64,000 bases of DNA from an uncultured Actinomycetota bacterium (GTDB lineage: Bacteria > Actinomycetota > Actinomycetes > JAHEKZ01). Location of the stretch: assembly GCA_963829525.1 (NCBI GenBank), contig CAWHIJ010000003.1:192001-256000 (forward strand), written 5' to 3'. Below the pieces are notes generated by a model that searched no databases, was not told the DNA's origin, and was given only the letters and a program-made list of their open reading frames with translations. Numbering within the stretch: the first letter of the stretch is position 1; every line of letters begins with the position of its first letter. A program made the translations under genes and the position numbers. Positions 9,434 through 21,714 of the stretch are shown in pieces.

Positions 9434-10248
9434 CGGTTCCTCCTCAGGGCTGAGCGAATCATCGGATCATGGGTCAGCAGGGCAATACAGCCAACGGAGA
9501 GCACCAGCGCCGCCCACTGCAGGGATGCCGAGAGCAGCAGGTGTGCCACGTCGCGGTGATTCGCCAGAGCCACGAGTAGTGGCAGCGCGTAGACGGCGGC
9601 CACCCCTGCTGCGGCAAGCGGCAGTGTGAACCAGCGGGAAACGACGAGGGTGATCGACAAGAGTGCAAGGCAGGGCAGCAACCAGGCGGCCACATCGCCG
9701 CCGCTCGGTACGAAGAGCGACGCGACCAGTGCCAGTACCCCGGACGCGGCAACGACTGCCGTTGAGCGAAGGATGACCAGGCGCAGCGTCGGGTACGGGC
9801 TCGCTAACGAGACCTCGAAGGTCGGGTCGATGCCTCGGCCGTACGAGCCACCGACCGCAAGCACAGGCACGATGGGAGCAAGGATCAGAAACAGCGTGGT
9901 GCCCCCAGATCTGGAGTTGCTCGCCCACACCGCGAAAGCCAGGACAGCAGCCAGAGAGAGCAGCCAAGAGGCATGAAGGGAGGGCGCCACCGATACCAGC
10001 CGCGCATCACTGTCTGACATGCCCAGCGACGCCAGAACCCGCTCGACCCAGCTGCGTCGCGGCATGTCGACGTCGTCCTCGATAGCGCTCCAGATGCCGT
10101 GCATGCGCACTGGCGACACCTCTGCATTTACCGCACTGCGACACTCGGCACACGTCATAACGTGCGCCTCGACAGACGCGGCGCGGGCGCCCACGAGCAC
10201 GCCGGACGCGTACGACGTCACCAACTGCCCGGAAACGTGCCAACTCAT
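9430..10248 (-). CDS. zf-HC2 (ZAS) anti-sigma factor with membrane domain
   Basis: HVMTCAEC (HxxxCxxC) followed by TM helices; coupled to the sigma factor. Confidence 0.85.
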   Translation of the reverse strand: MSWHVSGQLVTSYASGVLVGARAASVEAHVMTCAECRSAVNAEVSPVRMHGIWSAIEDDVDMPRRSWVERVLASLGMSDSDARLVSVAPSLHASWLLSLAAVLAFAVWASNSRSGGTTLFLILAPIVPVLAVGGSYGRGIDPTFEVSLASPYPTLRLVILRSTAVVAASGVLALVASLFVPSGGDVAAWLLPCLALLSITLVVSRWFTLPLAAAGVAAVYALPLLVALANHRDVAHLLLSASLQWAALVLSVGCIALLTHDPMIRSALRRNR

Positions 10249-10787
10249 GCCAGTTCCTCCCTCAGCACCTCGCGTGCTCGTTTCATCCGTGTCTTGACCG
10301 TTCCTTGGGGGATGCCCAGCAGCCGCCCGGCCTCGGCCGTCGTGAGTCCGTCCAGCACCGTCGATTGGACTACGGCGCGTAGCTCCGGCGACAGCCGATC
10401 TAGCGCACCCGCAAGGTCGCCGTACTGGACGCCGAGCAACACACGCTCCTCGGCCGAGATCTCCGCGCCGGCCTGCGACATCTCTGCGACAAGGTCCGCG
10501 CGCGGGCTGCGACGCAGCGCGTCGATCAACCGCCGAACACCGATACCCCAGATCCAGGCGGCGACCTCACCCTGCCCGGCGTACTTACCTGCTCCACGCC
10601 AGACGGCGACGAAGGTGTCCTGCACTACCTCGTCGACCAAGCCAGGGTCGGCGCAGCGACGCCCGAGTCGAATGAGCAGCCACCCAGCGTGGCGCGAGTA
10701 GAGCTGCTCCAACGCTCTGCGGTCGCCGTCAGCCACCAGGCGCAGCAGCGCTGCGTCGTTGGGCTCGGTGCTCGGCACGCTGGACAC
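10245..10787 (-). CDS. ECF RNA polymerase sigma factor
   Basis: EVVQDTFVAVWR region 2; GIPQGTVKTRMKRAR region 4.2. Confidence 0.92.
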   Translation of the reverse strand: MSSVPSTEPNDAALLRLVADGDRRALEQLYSRHAGWLLIRLGRRCADPGLVDEVVQDTFVAVWRGAGKYAGQGEVAAWIWGIGVRRLIDALRRSPRADLVAEMSQAGAEISAEERVLLGVQYGDLAGALDRLSPELRAVVQSTVLDGLTTAEAGRLLGIPQGTVKTRMKRAREVLREELA

Positions 10788-10829
10788 TGTCGTCCCTCTG
10801 GCTCCTCGGGGCTAGACCTTCACCCTTTC

Positions 10830-10857
10830 TGTCGCACCCGGAGGGGGGATCGGTTCA
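10830..10857 (-). promoter_or_regulatory. Putative ECF-type (autoregulatory) promoter
   Basis: TGAACC-N17-CGACA on the minus strand, about 40 nt upstream of the ECF gene. Confidence 0.4.
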
Positions 10858-11379
10858 GTGCCCGCGGATCCGCTCGGTCAGCTGCGGCGGGATGACGGCA
10901 TCGGAGTCGCGCCACGCGCCCAGCGCAGCAGTGGTGCCCACGAGTCCGGCAGGGCTATCTCCTGCACCGAAGCAAGCTCAGCAGCCGTGAACCCCTCAGC
11001 GTCGTGAAGCACGACAGCACTGCGGTAGATGAACGGAAGCCTCGCGAGGCCGTCGAGCAGCTCTTCGCGCGCCTCAGCGCGCTCGATGACGACTGCGGAA
11101 TCGACGGTATAGGCATCGTCTCGCCACTTGACCTCGAGTTCCTGAACCTCGTCGTCTGCGGCCTCACCGAGCAGGTCACCGGCCGGATACTCACGATGAC
11201 GACGTGCGGCGTCCACGGCAAGGTTGTGCATGATGCGATGCAGCCAGGTGGCCAGCGACGAATGGTCGCGGAACTGGTCGATCCGGTCCAGACCACGCGT
11301 CACCGTGTCTTGGACGAGGTCGTTGGCGGCCTCGTCGTCGGAGGTCAGCGTGCGTGCGTAGCGGAGCGTCGACGCTCAC
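10855..11379 (-). pseudogene. Disrupted ECF sigma factor with internal deletion
   Basis: LRYARTLT..ANDLVQDTV..ATWLHRI region 2 is out of frame with the RBS-preceded GTG at 11379; region 4 breaks after EIALP; a different frame gives LVGTTAALGAWRDSDAVIPPQLTERIRGH*. Confidence 0.7.
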
Positions 11380-11401
11380 GGATTCCCTGTCCTCAGTGTG
11401 G

Positions 11402-11620
11402 TCAGACGTTCGCGTGCTCGCGAGACGTCGTGCTGATCTTGAACGGAGCGTAGAGCGGGCAGAAGCCAACGGCACTGGTGGCCAGCATCACACCCGCAAG
11501 CGCGTACAGGACGTAGGCGAGTATGCCGGTGGGGCCGGCGACGATCCCAATGATGACGAGCACGGGTGCGATGAGCAGGGCGCGGATCATGCGGTCGGTG
11601 CGTCCCATGTTGCAGGTCAC
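11402..11620 (-). CDS. DUF2892 (YgaP-like) small membrane protein
   Basis: NMGRTDRMIR ... GFCPLYAPFKIST; GAGGAGG RBS before the GTG at 11620. Confidence 0.85.
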   Translation of the reverse strand: MTCNMGRTDRMIRALLIAPVLVIIGIVAGPTGILAYVLYALAGVMLATSAVGFCPLYAPFKISTTSREHANV

Positions 11621-11692
11621 GGTTGCCTCCTCGGGGCGATCACTTCGTTGTCTTAACCCATAGACGGATCGACGTCCCAAAGGGATACCGGC

Positions 11693-12466
11693 CTAGAGGC
11701 GGCGGTCACCCAGTGCGGGAAAGCGTTCGCGCCACTCACGCGCATGGGCGAGGTCGAGCTCGGCGCGGATCACCTGCTCCCCGTCACCGGCCTCCGCAAG
11801 GGTTGCACCGAGCGCATCGACCACCAGGCTGGCTCCGCCCATCGTGACGCCCCCGTGGGTGCCGGTGGTGTTCACCGCGACAAGGGGCAGCTGGTTCTCG
11901 ATCGCACGGGCACGCGCCAGCACCGACCAGTGCGAGATCCGTGCGGCGGGCCAGGCCGCCGGAACGACGAACACGTCGGAATCCTCGTCGGTCAGACGTC
12001 GAAACATCTCGGGGAACCGAAGGTCGTAACAGGTAGCCAATCCAAGCCGGCCGACCGACGTGTCAGCGACGACGACCTCGTCGCCCCCGACGAGGTACTT
12101 CGGCTCGCCTTCGGTGAATCCGAATAGATGGATCTTGCGATAGACCGCCCTCACGGAACCGTCTCGGTCGATGACGACGGCGGTATTGGTGAGCGAACCG
12201 TCATCGTGGCGCTCGATGAACGAGCCACCATGCAGCACGACAGAAGCTGAGCGTGCGGCGTCCCGCAGTTGTTGCATCAAGGAATCGCTCAACGACTGGG
12301 CTGTGTCATCCCACAACGTGTACGTGAACCCTCCGTTAGGCCACAGCTCAGGAAGCACGACGAGGTCAGCGGCTGCTTCGGCAGCGACCAGGGAGAGCAT
12401 CCGTCCGACGCGGTCATCGAACGGCTCGCTTTCGTCGAAGTCGAACTGGATGGCAGACACCTTCAT
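11693..12466 (-). CDS. Carbon-nitrogen hydrolase (nitrilase superfamily, Nit-like amidase)
   Basis: E-K-C triad: VLPELW, YRKIHLF, TCYDLRFPE; ARAIENQ. Confidence 0.9.
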   Translation of the reverse strand: MKVSAIQFDFDESEPFDDRVGRMLSLVAAEAAADLVVLPELWPNGGFTYTLWDDTAQSLSDSLMQQLRDAARSASVVLHGGSFIERHDDGSLTNTAVVIDRDGSVRAVYRKIHLFGFTEGEPKYLVGGDEVVVADTSVGRLGLATCYDLRFPEMFRRLTDEDSDVFVVPAAWPAARISHWSVLARARAIENQLPLVAVNTTGTHGGVTMGGASLVVDALGATLAEAGDGEQVIRAELDLAHAREWRERFPALGDRRL

Positions 12467-12519
12467 ACCGCCAGCCTGTCACGGCGCTCACCACCGCGGA
12501 AGCGTCATTGCATGAATCC

Positions 12520-12618
12520 GTGAAGCGCCTTGCCGTCCTTCTTGCCACCGCCAGTACCGTGTCTGGTCAGGATGGGTCCGGCTTACGGGGACTCCTGGTC
12601 TCGCACCAAGGCGCTCAC
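12520..12618. ncRNA. Candidate structured RNA (unassigned)
   Basis: 12-bp closing stem GTGA(A)GCGCCTTG/CAAGGCGCTCAC enclosing the hairpins CCAG/CTGG and CAGGA-GTCC/GGAC-TCCTG in a 222-nt intergenic gap. Confidence 0.35.
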
Positions 12619-12688
12619 CGTTAACTAGCCCCGCCACCCCGGTTAGCCGCACCACCCGTTTGCGCGAGCCCTGAACGAGCACACCGCC

Positions 12689-14074
12689 TCAGGACCACAG
12701 GTGTAGAAGAGCAGGCTCCTCGAGAACGTCAGCAACGTCCCGGAGGAATCGAGAACCTGTTGCTCCGTCGATAAATCGGTGGTCGAACGAGAGCGAGATC
12801 GTTGACGTCGTGCGTGCTACGACGTGCCCGCGTTCGACCCATGGCTTCTCTCGCCATGTCCCGAAGGCCAAGACCGCCGACTGACCGGGGGTGATCATCG
12901 GTGTTCCACCGTCGATGCCGAAGACCCCGACATTGGTGATGGTGAACGTGCCCCCTACAAGGTCGGCGGGGGCTGCGGTCCCCTCGCGGCCGCGCGACAC
13001 CACATCTGCAAGTGAAACAGCGAGCTCGTGCAGCGTGAGCCCTTCCGCATCTCCCACGTGAGGCACGATGAGCCCTCGATCGCTCGAGACGGCGATACCA
13101 AGCCGGACCGCACGGCGATAGACGATCTCCTGCGCGGCCTCGTCAAACGCGGCGTTTAGGCGTGGTTGTCGGCGCAGGGCTGCGAGGCAAGCAGCCGCAA
13201 CAAGCAGCAGTGGTGTGACCTTGGTGTCGGAGTACTCCGGCAAAGCCCTCATCCGATCGACCAGCGCGGCACTTCGCGTGACGTCCACCTCGACCCACTC
13301 GGTAACCGAGGGAATCGTGGCGGCGCTCTCGGTCATCGCCGCCGCCATGGAGCGCATCACGCCGCGCACCGGTTCTCGTCGATCACCATCCACGACTCCG
13401 CCGACTACCGTTGTGCCGGTCCCGGCGAGCTGCAGGCTCGCAGCAGCTTCGACATCGTCTCGCGTGACGGTGCCGTCTCGGCCTGTGGGTCGTACGCCAG
13501 AGAGTTCTATGCCCAGTTGCTTGGCGAGTCGCCGAACCGGCGGCTTTGCTCGTGCCGTCGACGGGGCACTAGCGTCGTCAGCGAACTTCGCCTCTGCAGC
13601 GCGACCCACCTCGAGACCACCGTGACGTACCGGCTTGACGGGCTCTCCGGGTGGCCCGGCCTCGGGCCGCTCCGTGCCGTGCGGACTCGGTGCACCAACT
13701 CGGCGACGTCGACGGGTGGCTGCCTCAGCGACGCCGTAGCCGACCAATAGCGGCTCTCTGCCTTCGTCGGGCGAAGGTTCTGCGGTCGAGGTTTCAGACG
13801 ATGGGGAGTCCACTACTCCGTCAGTGCTGTCCTCGCTTGCGATCGTCACGAGGGGCGCACCAACCGGCAGGAGGTCTCCCTCGGCCGCGTGCAGTGCGAC
13901 GACGGTCCCCGGATAGGGCGACGGCAGCTCGACAGCGGCCTTGGCAGTCTCTACCTCGACCAGCGGTTGGTTGACCGCGACGGTGTCACCGGCGTTCACC
14001 AGCCACCGCAGGATCTCGCCCTCGGTCAGCCCCTCACCGAGGTCCGGCAGGCAGAACTTCAGCTCGTTCGGCAT
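12689..14074 (-). CDS. 2-oxoacid dehydrogenase E2 (dihydrolipoamide acyltransferase)
   Basis: Lipoyl motif VEVETAKAAVE, E3-binding AKPPVRRLAK, catalytic SFDHRFIDGA. Confidence 0.93.
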   Translation of the reverse strand: MPNELKFCLPDLGEGLTEGEILRWLVNAGDTVAVNQPLVEVETAKAAVELPSPYPGTVVALHAAEGDLLPVGAPLVTIASEDSTDGVVDSPSSETSTAEPSPDEGREPLLVGYGVAEAATRRRRRVGAPSPHGTERPEAGPPGEPVKPVRHGGLEVGRAAEAKFADDASAPSTARAKPPVRRLAKQLGIELSGVRPTGRDGTVTRDDVEAAASLQLAGTGTTVVGGVVDGDRREPVRGVMRSMAAAMTESAATIPSVTEWVEVDVTRSAALVDRMRALPEYSDTKVTPLLLVAAACLAALRRQPRLNAAFDEAAQEIVYRRAVRLGIAVSSDRGLIVPHVGDAEGLTLHELAVSLADVVSRGREGTAAPADLVGGTFTITNVGVFGIDGGTPMITPGQSAVLAFGTWREKPWVERGHVVARTTSTISLSFDHRFIDGATGSRFLRDVADVLEEPALLHLWS

Positions 14075-14083
14075 GGTCACTCC

Positions 14084-15064
14084 TCAGTAGGCCAACGAGC
14101 GGTCAACAGCATCGAGCACTCGGTCGAGATCGGGCAGGTAGTGCTGCTCGAGCCGAGAAGGCGGATAGGGCGTGTGGAACCCGCCAACCCGCAGCACAGG
14201 TGCCTCCAGCTCGAAGAAGCATGCCTCGGAAATGGCGGCTGCAGCCTCCGCGGCCATCCCCAGAAATGTCGTGGCCTCGTGCGCCACGACACACCGTCCC
14301 GTTCGGCGAACCGACGAGGTCACCGTCTCGAGGTCCAACGGTGACAAGGAGCGAAGGTCGACTACCTCAATGCTCGTTCCGTCGCCCTCCGCGGCTGCCG
14401 CCGCTTCCAGACACGTTCGGACCATCGGCCCGTAACTGACAAGAGTCACATGGTCTCCCGCACGTGCCACGCGTGCTGACCCCATGGGCAACATCGGAGG
14501 GGCCGCGGTGTCGACGTCCGCCTTGTCCCAGTAGCGCCGCTTTGGCTCGAGGAAGACAACTGGGTCATCGCAGGCCACGGACTGCTGCACAAGGTGAAAC
14601 GCATCCACTGGATTGGAAGGCGTCACCACCCGAAGCCCCGCGGTATGTGCGAAGTACGCCTCAGGTGACTCGCTGTGGTGCTCAACGGCCCCGATCCCAC
14701 CTCCGTACGGCAGACGCACGGTTACGGGCATCTTTACGCGTCCTGCTGATCGCGCGTGCATCTTTGCCAGCTGGCTGACGATCTGGTCGAAAGCGACATA
14801 CACGAAACCGTCGAACTGGATCTCCACCACTGGTCGATAGCCGCGCATCGCCATCCCGATGGCTGCGCCCACGATCGACGACTCCGCGAGCGGTGTGTCG
14901 ATGACACGCTGCTCCCCGAAGTCCTTTTGCAACCCGTCCGTCACACGAAAGACCCCGCCCAGGCGTCCGATGTCCTCACCCATCAGCAGCGTCTTTGCAT
15001 CACTTTCCAACGCACTACGAAGACCTGCATTGATCGCTCGGGCCATCGTCAACGTCTCGGTCAT
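14084..15064 (-). CDS. pdhB: 2-oxoacid dehydrogenase E1 beta subunit
   Basis: GEDIGRLGGVFRVTDGL, DTPLAES, EIQFDGF, EHHSESPE. Confidence 0.92.
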   Translation of the reverse strand: MTETLTMARAINAGLRSALESDAKTLLMGEDIGRLGGVFRVTDGLQKDFGEQRVIDTPLAESSIVGAAIGMAMRGYRPVVEIQFDGFVYVAFDQIVSQLAKMHARSAGRVKMPVTVRLPYGGGIGAVEHHSESPEAYFAHTAGLRVVTPSNPVDAFHLVQQSVACDDPVVFLEPKRRYWDKADVDTAAPPMLPMGSARVARAGDHVTLVSYGPMVRTCLEAAAAAEGDGTSIEVVDLRSLSPLDLETVTSSVRRTGRCVVAHEATTFLGMAAEAAAAISEACFFELEAPVLRVGGFHTPYPPSRLEQHYLPDLDRVLDAVDRSLAY

Positions 15065-16155
15065 CGGGTGTCCCCGACCGCAAACCCAGCAAGGTACTGC
15101 GAATACTCCTCGCGCTGACGCTCCACCAGCGCATGTGGGCCGGCATAGGCGTGCACGAAAATCTCGTCAACGCCCGGATCCGGCAGCGCCCGGACACCAT
15201 CCCGCAACCGTTGCGCCAACTGCTCTGCCTGTTGGTCGAGGTCATCAAAGAACCCGTCATCAACCAGCTGCTGTTTGTGCAGGAACGAACGAAGGCGCTC
15301 AAGAGGGTCACGCAACCGCCACGCTTCGACGTCAGTATCGAGGCGGTAGCGCGTTGGGTCATCGGAGGTCGTGTGTGCCCCCATGCGGTAGGTGAAGGCC
15401 TCGATGAGTGCTGGTCCGCCGCCTTCTCGGGCCCGTTGCAACATCTGTCGACTCACCGCCAGACAGGCAAGCACGTCGTTGCCGTCAACCCGGACTCCAG
15501 GGAAACCAAACCCCCATGCTCGTTGAAAGAGCGGGATTCTCGTCTGACGTTCGAGCGGTTCAGAGATGGCCCACTGGTTGTTCTGACAGAAGAACACCAC
15601 TGGCGCGTTGAACACACTCGCCCAGATGAAGGACTCGTTGACATCGCCCTGGCTGCTGGCGCCATCGCCGAAGAAGACCATCGATGCGTTCTCAGCCGCG
15701 TCGTGCTGCAGTCCCATCGCATATCCGACAGCCTGCGGGCACTGGTCACCGATGACGATCGTGTACAGCGCGAAGCCATGGTCTTCGGGGTTCCAGCCGC
15801 CGTTGGTCGTCCCTCTGAACAGTCCGAGCAGCGAAAGCGGGTCGACGCCGCGACACCAAGCCACACCGTGCTCTCGGTACGTTGGGAACGCCATGTCACC
15901 GGCGACCAGCGCCCTGCCCGCTCCGACCTGCGCCGCTTCCTGCCCCAGCAGCTGTGCCCAGAGGCCGAGTTCACCCTGGCGTTGGAGAGCCGTCGCCTCT
16001 GCGTCAATCCGGCGAACCAGCACGAGGTCGCGGTAGAGCCCGCGCAATTCGTCATCGGTGACGTCAAGGGGGAAGTCGGCGTTCTCCACCCGCTCACCCT
16101 CCGGGGTGAGGAGCTGGACGAACGTGTCATCTGGAGCATGCGTCGGAATCGCCAT
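15061..16155 (-). CDS. pdhA: 2-oxoacid (pyruvate/branched-chain) dehydrogenase E1 alpha subunit
   Basis: TPP motif GDGASSQGD..CQNNQWAIS; YRMGAHTTSDDPTRY. Confidence 0.92.
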   Translation of the reverse strand: MAIPTHAPDDTFVQLLTPEGERVENADFPLDVTDDELRGLYRDLVLVRRIDAEATALQRQGELGLWAQLLGQEAAQVGAGRALVAGDMAFPTYREHGVAWCRGVDPLSLLGLFRGTTNGGWNPEDHGFALYTIVIGDQCPQAVGYAMGLQHDAAENASMVFFGDGASSQGDVNESFIWASVFNAPVVFFCQNNQWAISEPLERQTRIPLFQRAWGFGFPGVRVDGNDVLACLAVSRQMLQRAREGGGPALIEAFTYRMGAHTTSDDPTRYRLDTDVEAWRLRDPLERLRSFLHKQQLVDDGFFDDLDQQAEQLAQRLRDGVRALPDPGVDEIFVHAYAGPHALVERQREEYSQYLAGFAVGDTR

Positions 16156-16266
16156 GCAGCGCCTCCTACCGGCCGGGAGGCAGGATCACTGCGTCGACCG
16201 CTCAAGTCACCGGGGTGTCCGGTGCCCCCATCTTCTGCCCGATGGGGCTTCGATGGAAACACCCCT

Positions 16267-16320
16267 ACGGGTAGTTCTGTCGGCACGGGTAGTTCTGTCG
16301 GCACGGGTAGTTCTGTCGGC
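16267..16320. repeat. Intergenic 18-bp tandem repeat x3
   Basis: ACGGGTAGTTCTGTCGGC, three exact copies. Confidence 0.95.
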
Positions 16321-16324
16321 GGGC

Positions 16325-17158
16325 TCAGCGGTTGTGGTGTTTGCCCTTGCCTTGCCCCTTGCCCTGCAGATGGCCCTTGTGGTTGCCGTTGCTCCCGGGC
16401 TTGTCCGGCTTCCCGGGCTTGTCCGGCTTCCCGGGCTTGTCCGGCTTCCCGGGCTTGTCCGGCTTCCCGGGCTTGTCCGGCTTCCCAGGCTTGTCCGGCT
16501 TCCCAGGCTTGTCCGGCTTCCCAGGCTTCGGGTCTTGGGGGTTGCCACCACCAGGACTGCCACCACCGACATTGTTCCCACCCCCGTTGTTACCGGAACC
16601 ATCGTTGTTCCCCCCGCCGTTGTTGGGCGGCTTGGTGGGCTTGGGCGAATCCGTCGGACGAGGCGGGTCGGTGGGGTCAGGATCGGTCGGCTCCTGGGTC
16701 GGCTGCTCAGTCGGCTCCCCAGTCGGCTCTTCCGGGGGTTGCTGCGGCGGAGGCGGCGGGTCCACACCGCCCGAAGAGGGCTCGACTCCCGGTGCCTCGG
16801 ACGCCTCAGAACCCGGCACGGCGACCACGGGGCCGCCCACACCGGGCAATGCAACGCCGGGGGTCTCCTGACCGGAGCCTGGCAGCGGTGACGGACCCCT
16901 CGACGTCGTCGGAGTCGGCGCCGGGCCATCCCCTGGGGCGGAGTCGACCTGCAGCGGATCTCCCGCGTCGGGGGTCGGTGCGATGGTGACACCGGCCTGA
17001 GGCCGCGGGGCGCTGTCGAGGGTATGGCCGGCTACGACAGCCATGGTCGTAAGACCACCGGCCACCAGCCCTCCAGCCAGCACGACGGCCACGGCGGCCC
17101 CGCCGGCCGTCTCGGCGCTGGCGGCAAACCAGGCTGAAGAGTGCCGCCATACGCTCAC
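16325..17158 (-). CDS. Membrane-anchored or secreted Pro/Gly-rich low-complexity protein
   Basis: N-terminal hydrophobic helix, PEEPTGEPT and NNGGG tracts, (KPGKPD)7; GAGGAGGGAGG RBS. Confidence 0.7.
   Translation of the reverse strand: MSVWRHSSAWFAASAETAGGAAVAVVLAGGLVAGGLTTMAVVAGHTLDSAPRPQAGVTIAPTPDAGDPLQVDSAPGDGPAPTPTTSRGPSPLPGSGQETPGVALPGVGGPVVAVPGSEASEAPGVEPSSGGVDPPPPPQQPPEEPTGEPTEQPTQEPTDPDPTDPPRPTDSPKPTKPPNNGGGNNDGSGNNGGGNNVGGGSPGGGNPQDPKPGKPDKPGKPDKPGKPDKPGKPDKPGKPDKPGKPDKPGKPDKPGSNGNHKGHLQGKGQGKGKHHNR
16393..16527. repeat. Coding 18-bp tandem repeat (about 7.5 copies, KPGKPD)
   Basis: TCCC(G/A)GGCTTGTCCGGCT repeated. Confidence 0.95.
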
Positions 17159-17397
17159 GGCTGACCCTCCCTCCTCACACCCCGATTCCGTAGCTCAGTT
17201 CCGGGGGTGCATCACTTCGACGACACCGATGCTCCCATGGTGCCCCCCAGCTGGTCACATCGGACTACACCGTCTGGGTGAACCGCCGTCGCGCAGCCTC
17301 TGCGCGTGCCGCCGGTGTCGACGATGGTACTGGGGCATAGCCTAAAAGGGCGGGCGATCGACACCTTCGCCCCTCCAGTTGCCAGCACAGGAGAGTC

Positions 17398-18069
17398 ATG
17401 GGCGAAGACGATCACGGCACCGAGCCGCCTACCAGGGTCTTCCTGCTCGACGACCATGAGCTGGTGCGTCGAGGCCTGTCCGATCTGCTCGGCCTTGAGG
17501 ACGACCTCGAAGTTGTCGGCGAAGCGGCTACGGCCGCCGAGGCGCTCGCCAGAATCCCCGCAGCCCGGCCGGACGTGGCAGTTCTCGACGTTCGGCTGCC
17601 GGACGGCAACGGAGTCGAGGTCTGCCGCGAGATCCGTTCCGCGATGCCCGATGTTCACTGCCTGATGCTCACTTCCTACGCCGACGACGAGGCGATGGTG
17701 GACGCGCTCTTGGCCGGGGCGGCGGGGTACGTTCTCAAAGACATCAGAGGAGCCGACCTTGTCGGGGCGGTCCGCCGCGTAGCCCGGGGAGAGTCACTCC
17801 TTGATCCAAAGGCCACCGAACGAGTTCTCCACCGGTTGCGAGGCGGAGAGCCCCACGATGAGCGCCTTGAGTCGCTCACCGGCCAGGAGCGGAGGATTCT
17901 CGACCTCATCGGCCAAGGGATGACAAACCGGCAGATCGGCGACCAGCTGCACCTCGCGGAGAAGACGGTCAAGAACTACGTATCATCGCTGCTCGCCAAA
18001 CTTGGTATGGAGCGGCGAACCCAAGCAGCCGCCTACATCGCCCGCCTGGACGAGCACGACCGCCCCTAG
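17398..18069 (+). CDS. dosR: DosR/DevR-like NarL-family response regulator
   Basis: [54 protein letters not shown]. Confidence 0.88.
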   Translation: MGEDDHGTEPPTRVFLLDDHELVRRGLSDLLGLEDDLEVVGEAATAAEALARIPAARPDVAVLDVRLPDGNGVEVCREIRSAMPDVHCLMLTSYADDEAMVDALLAGAAGYVLKDIRGADLVGAVRRVARGESLLDPKATERVLHRLRGGEPHDERLESLTGQERRILDLIGQGMTNRQIGDQLHLAEKTVKNYVSSLLAKLGMERRTQAAAYIARLDEHDRP

Positions 18070-18091
18070 GGGGTCGTCGCCCCCGCACGGC

Positions 18092-21710
<3,619 letters not shown>

Positions 21711-21714
<4 letters not shown>

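Noticed and set aside
15133-16989. 618-aa plus-strand ORF
   Set aside because: Antisense shadow of pdhA and the repeat protein; repeats and high GC suppress stop codons
17188-17200. tRNA-like CCGTAGCTCAGTT
   Set aside because: No complementary D-stem, anticodon arm or T-loop GTTCRA follows
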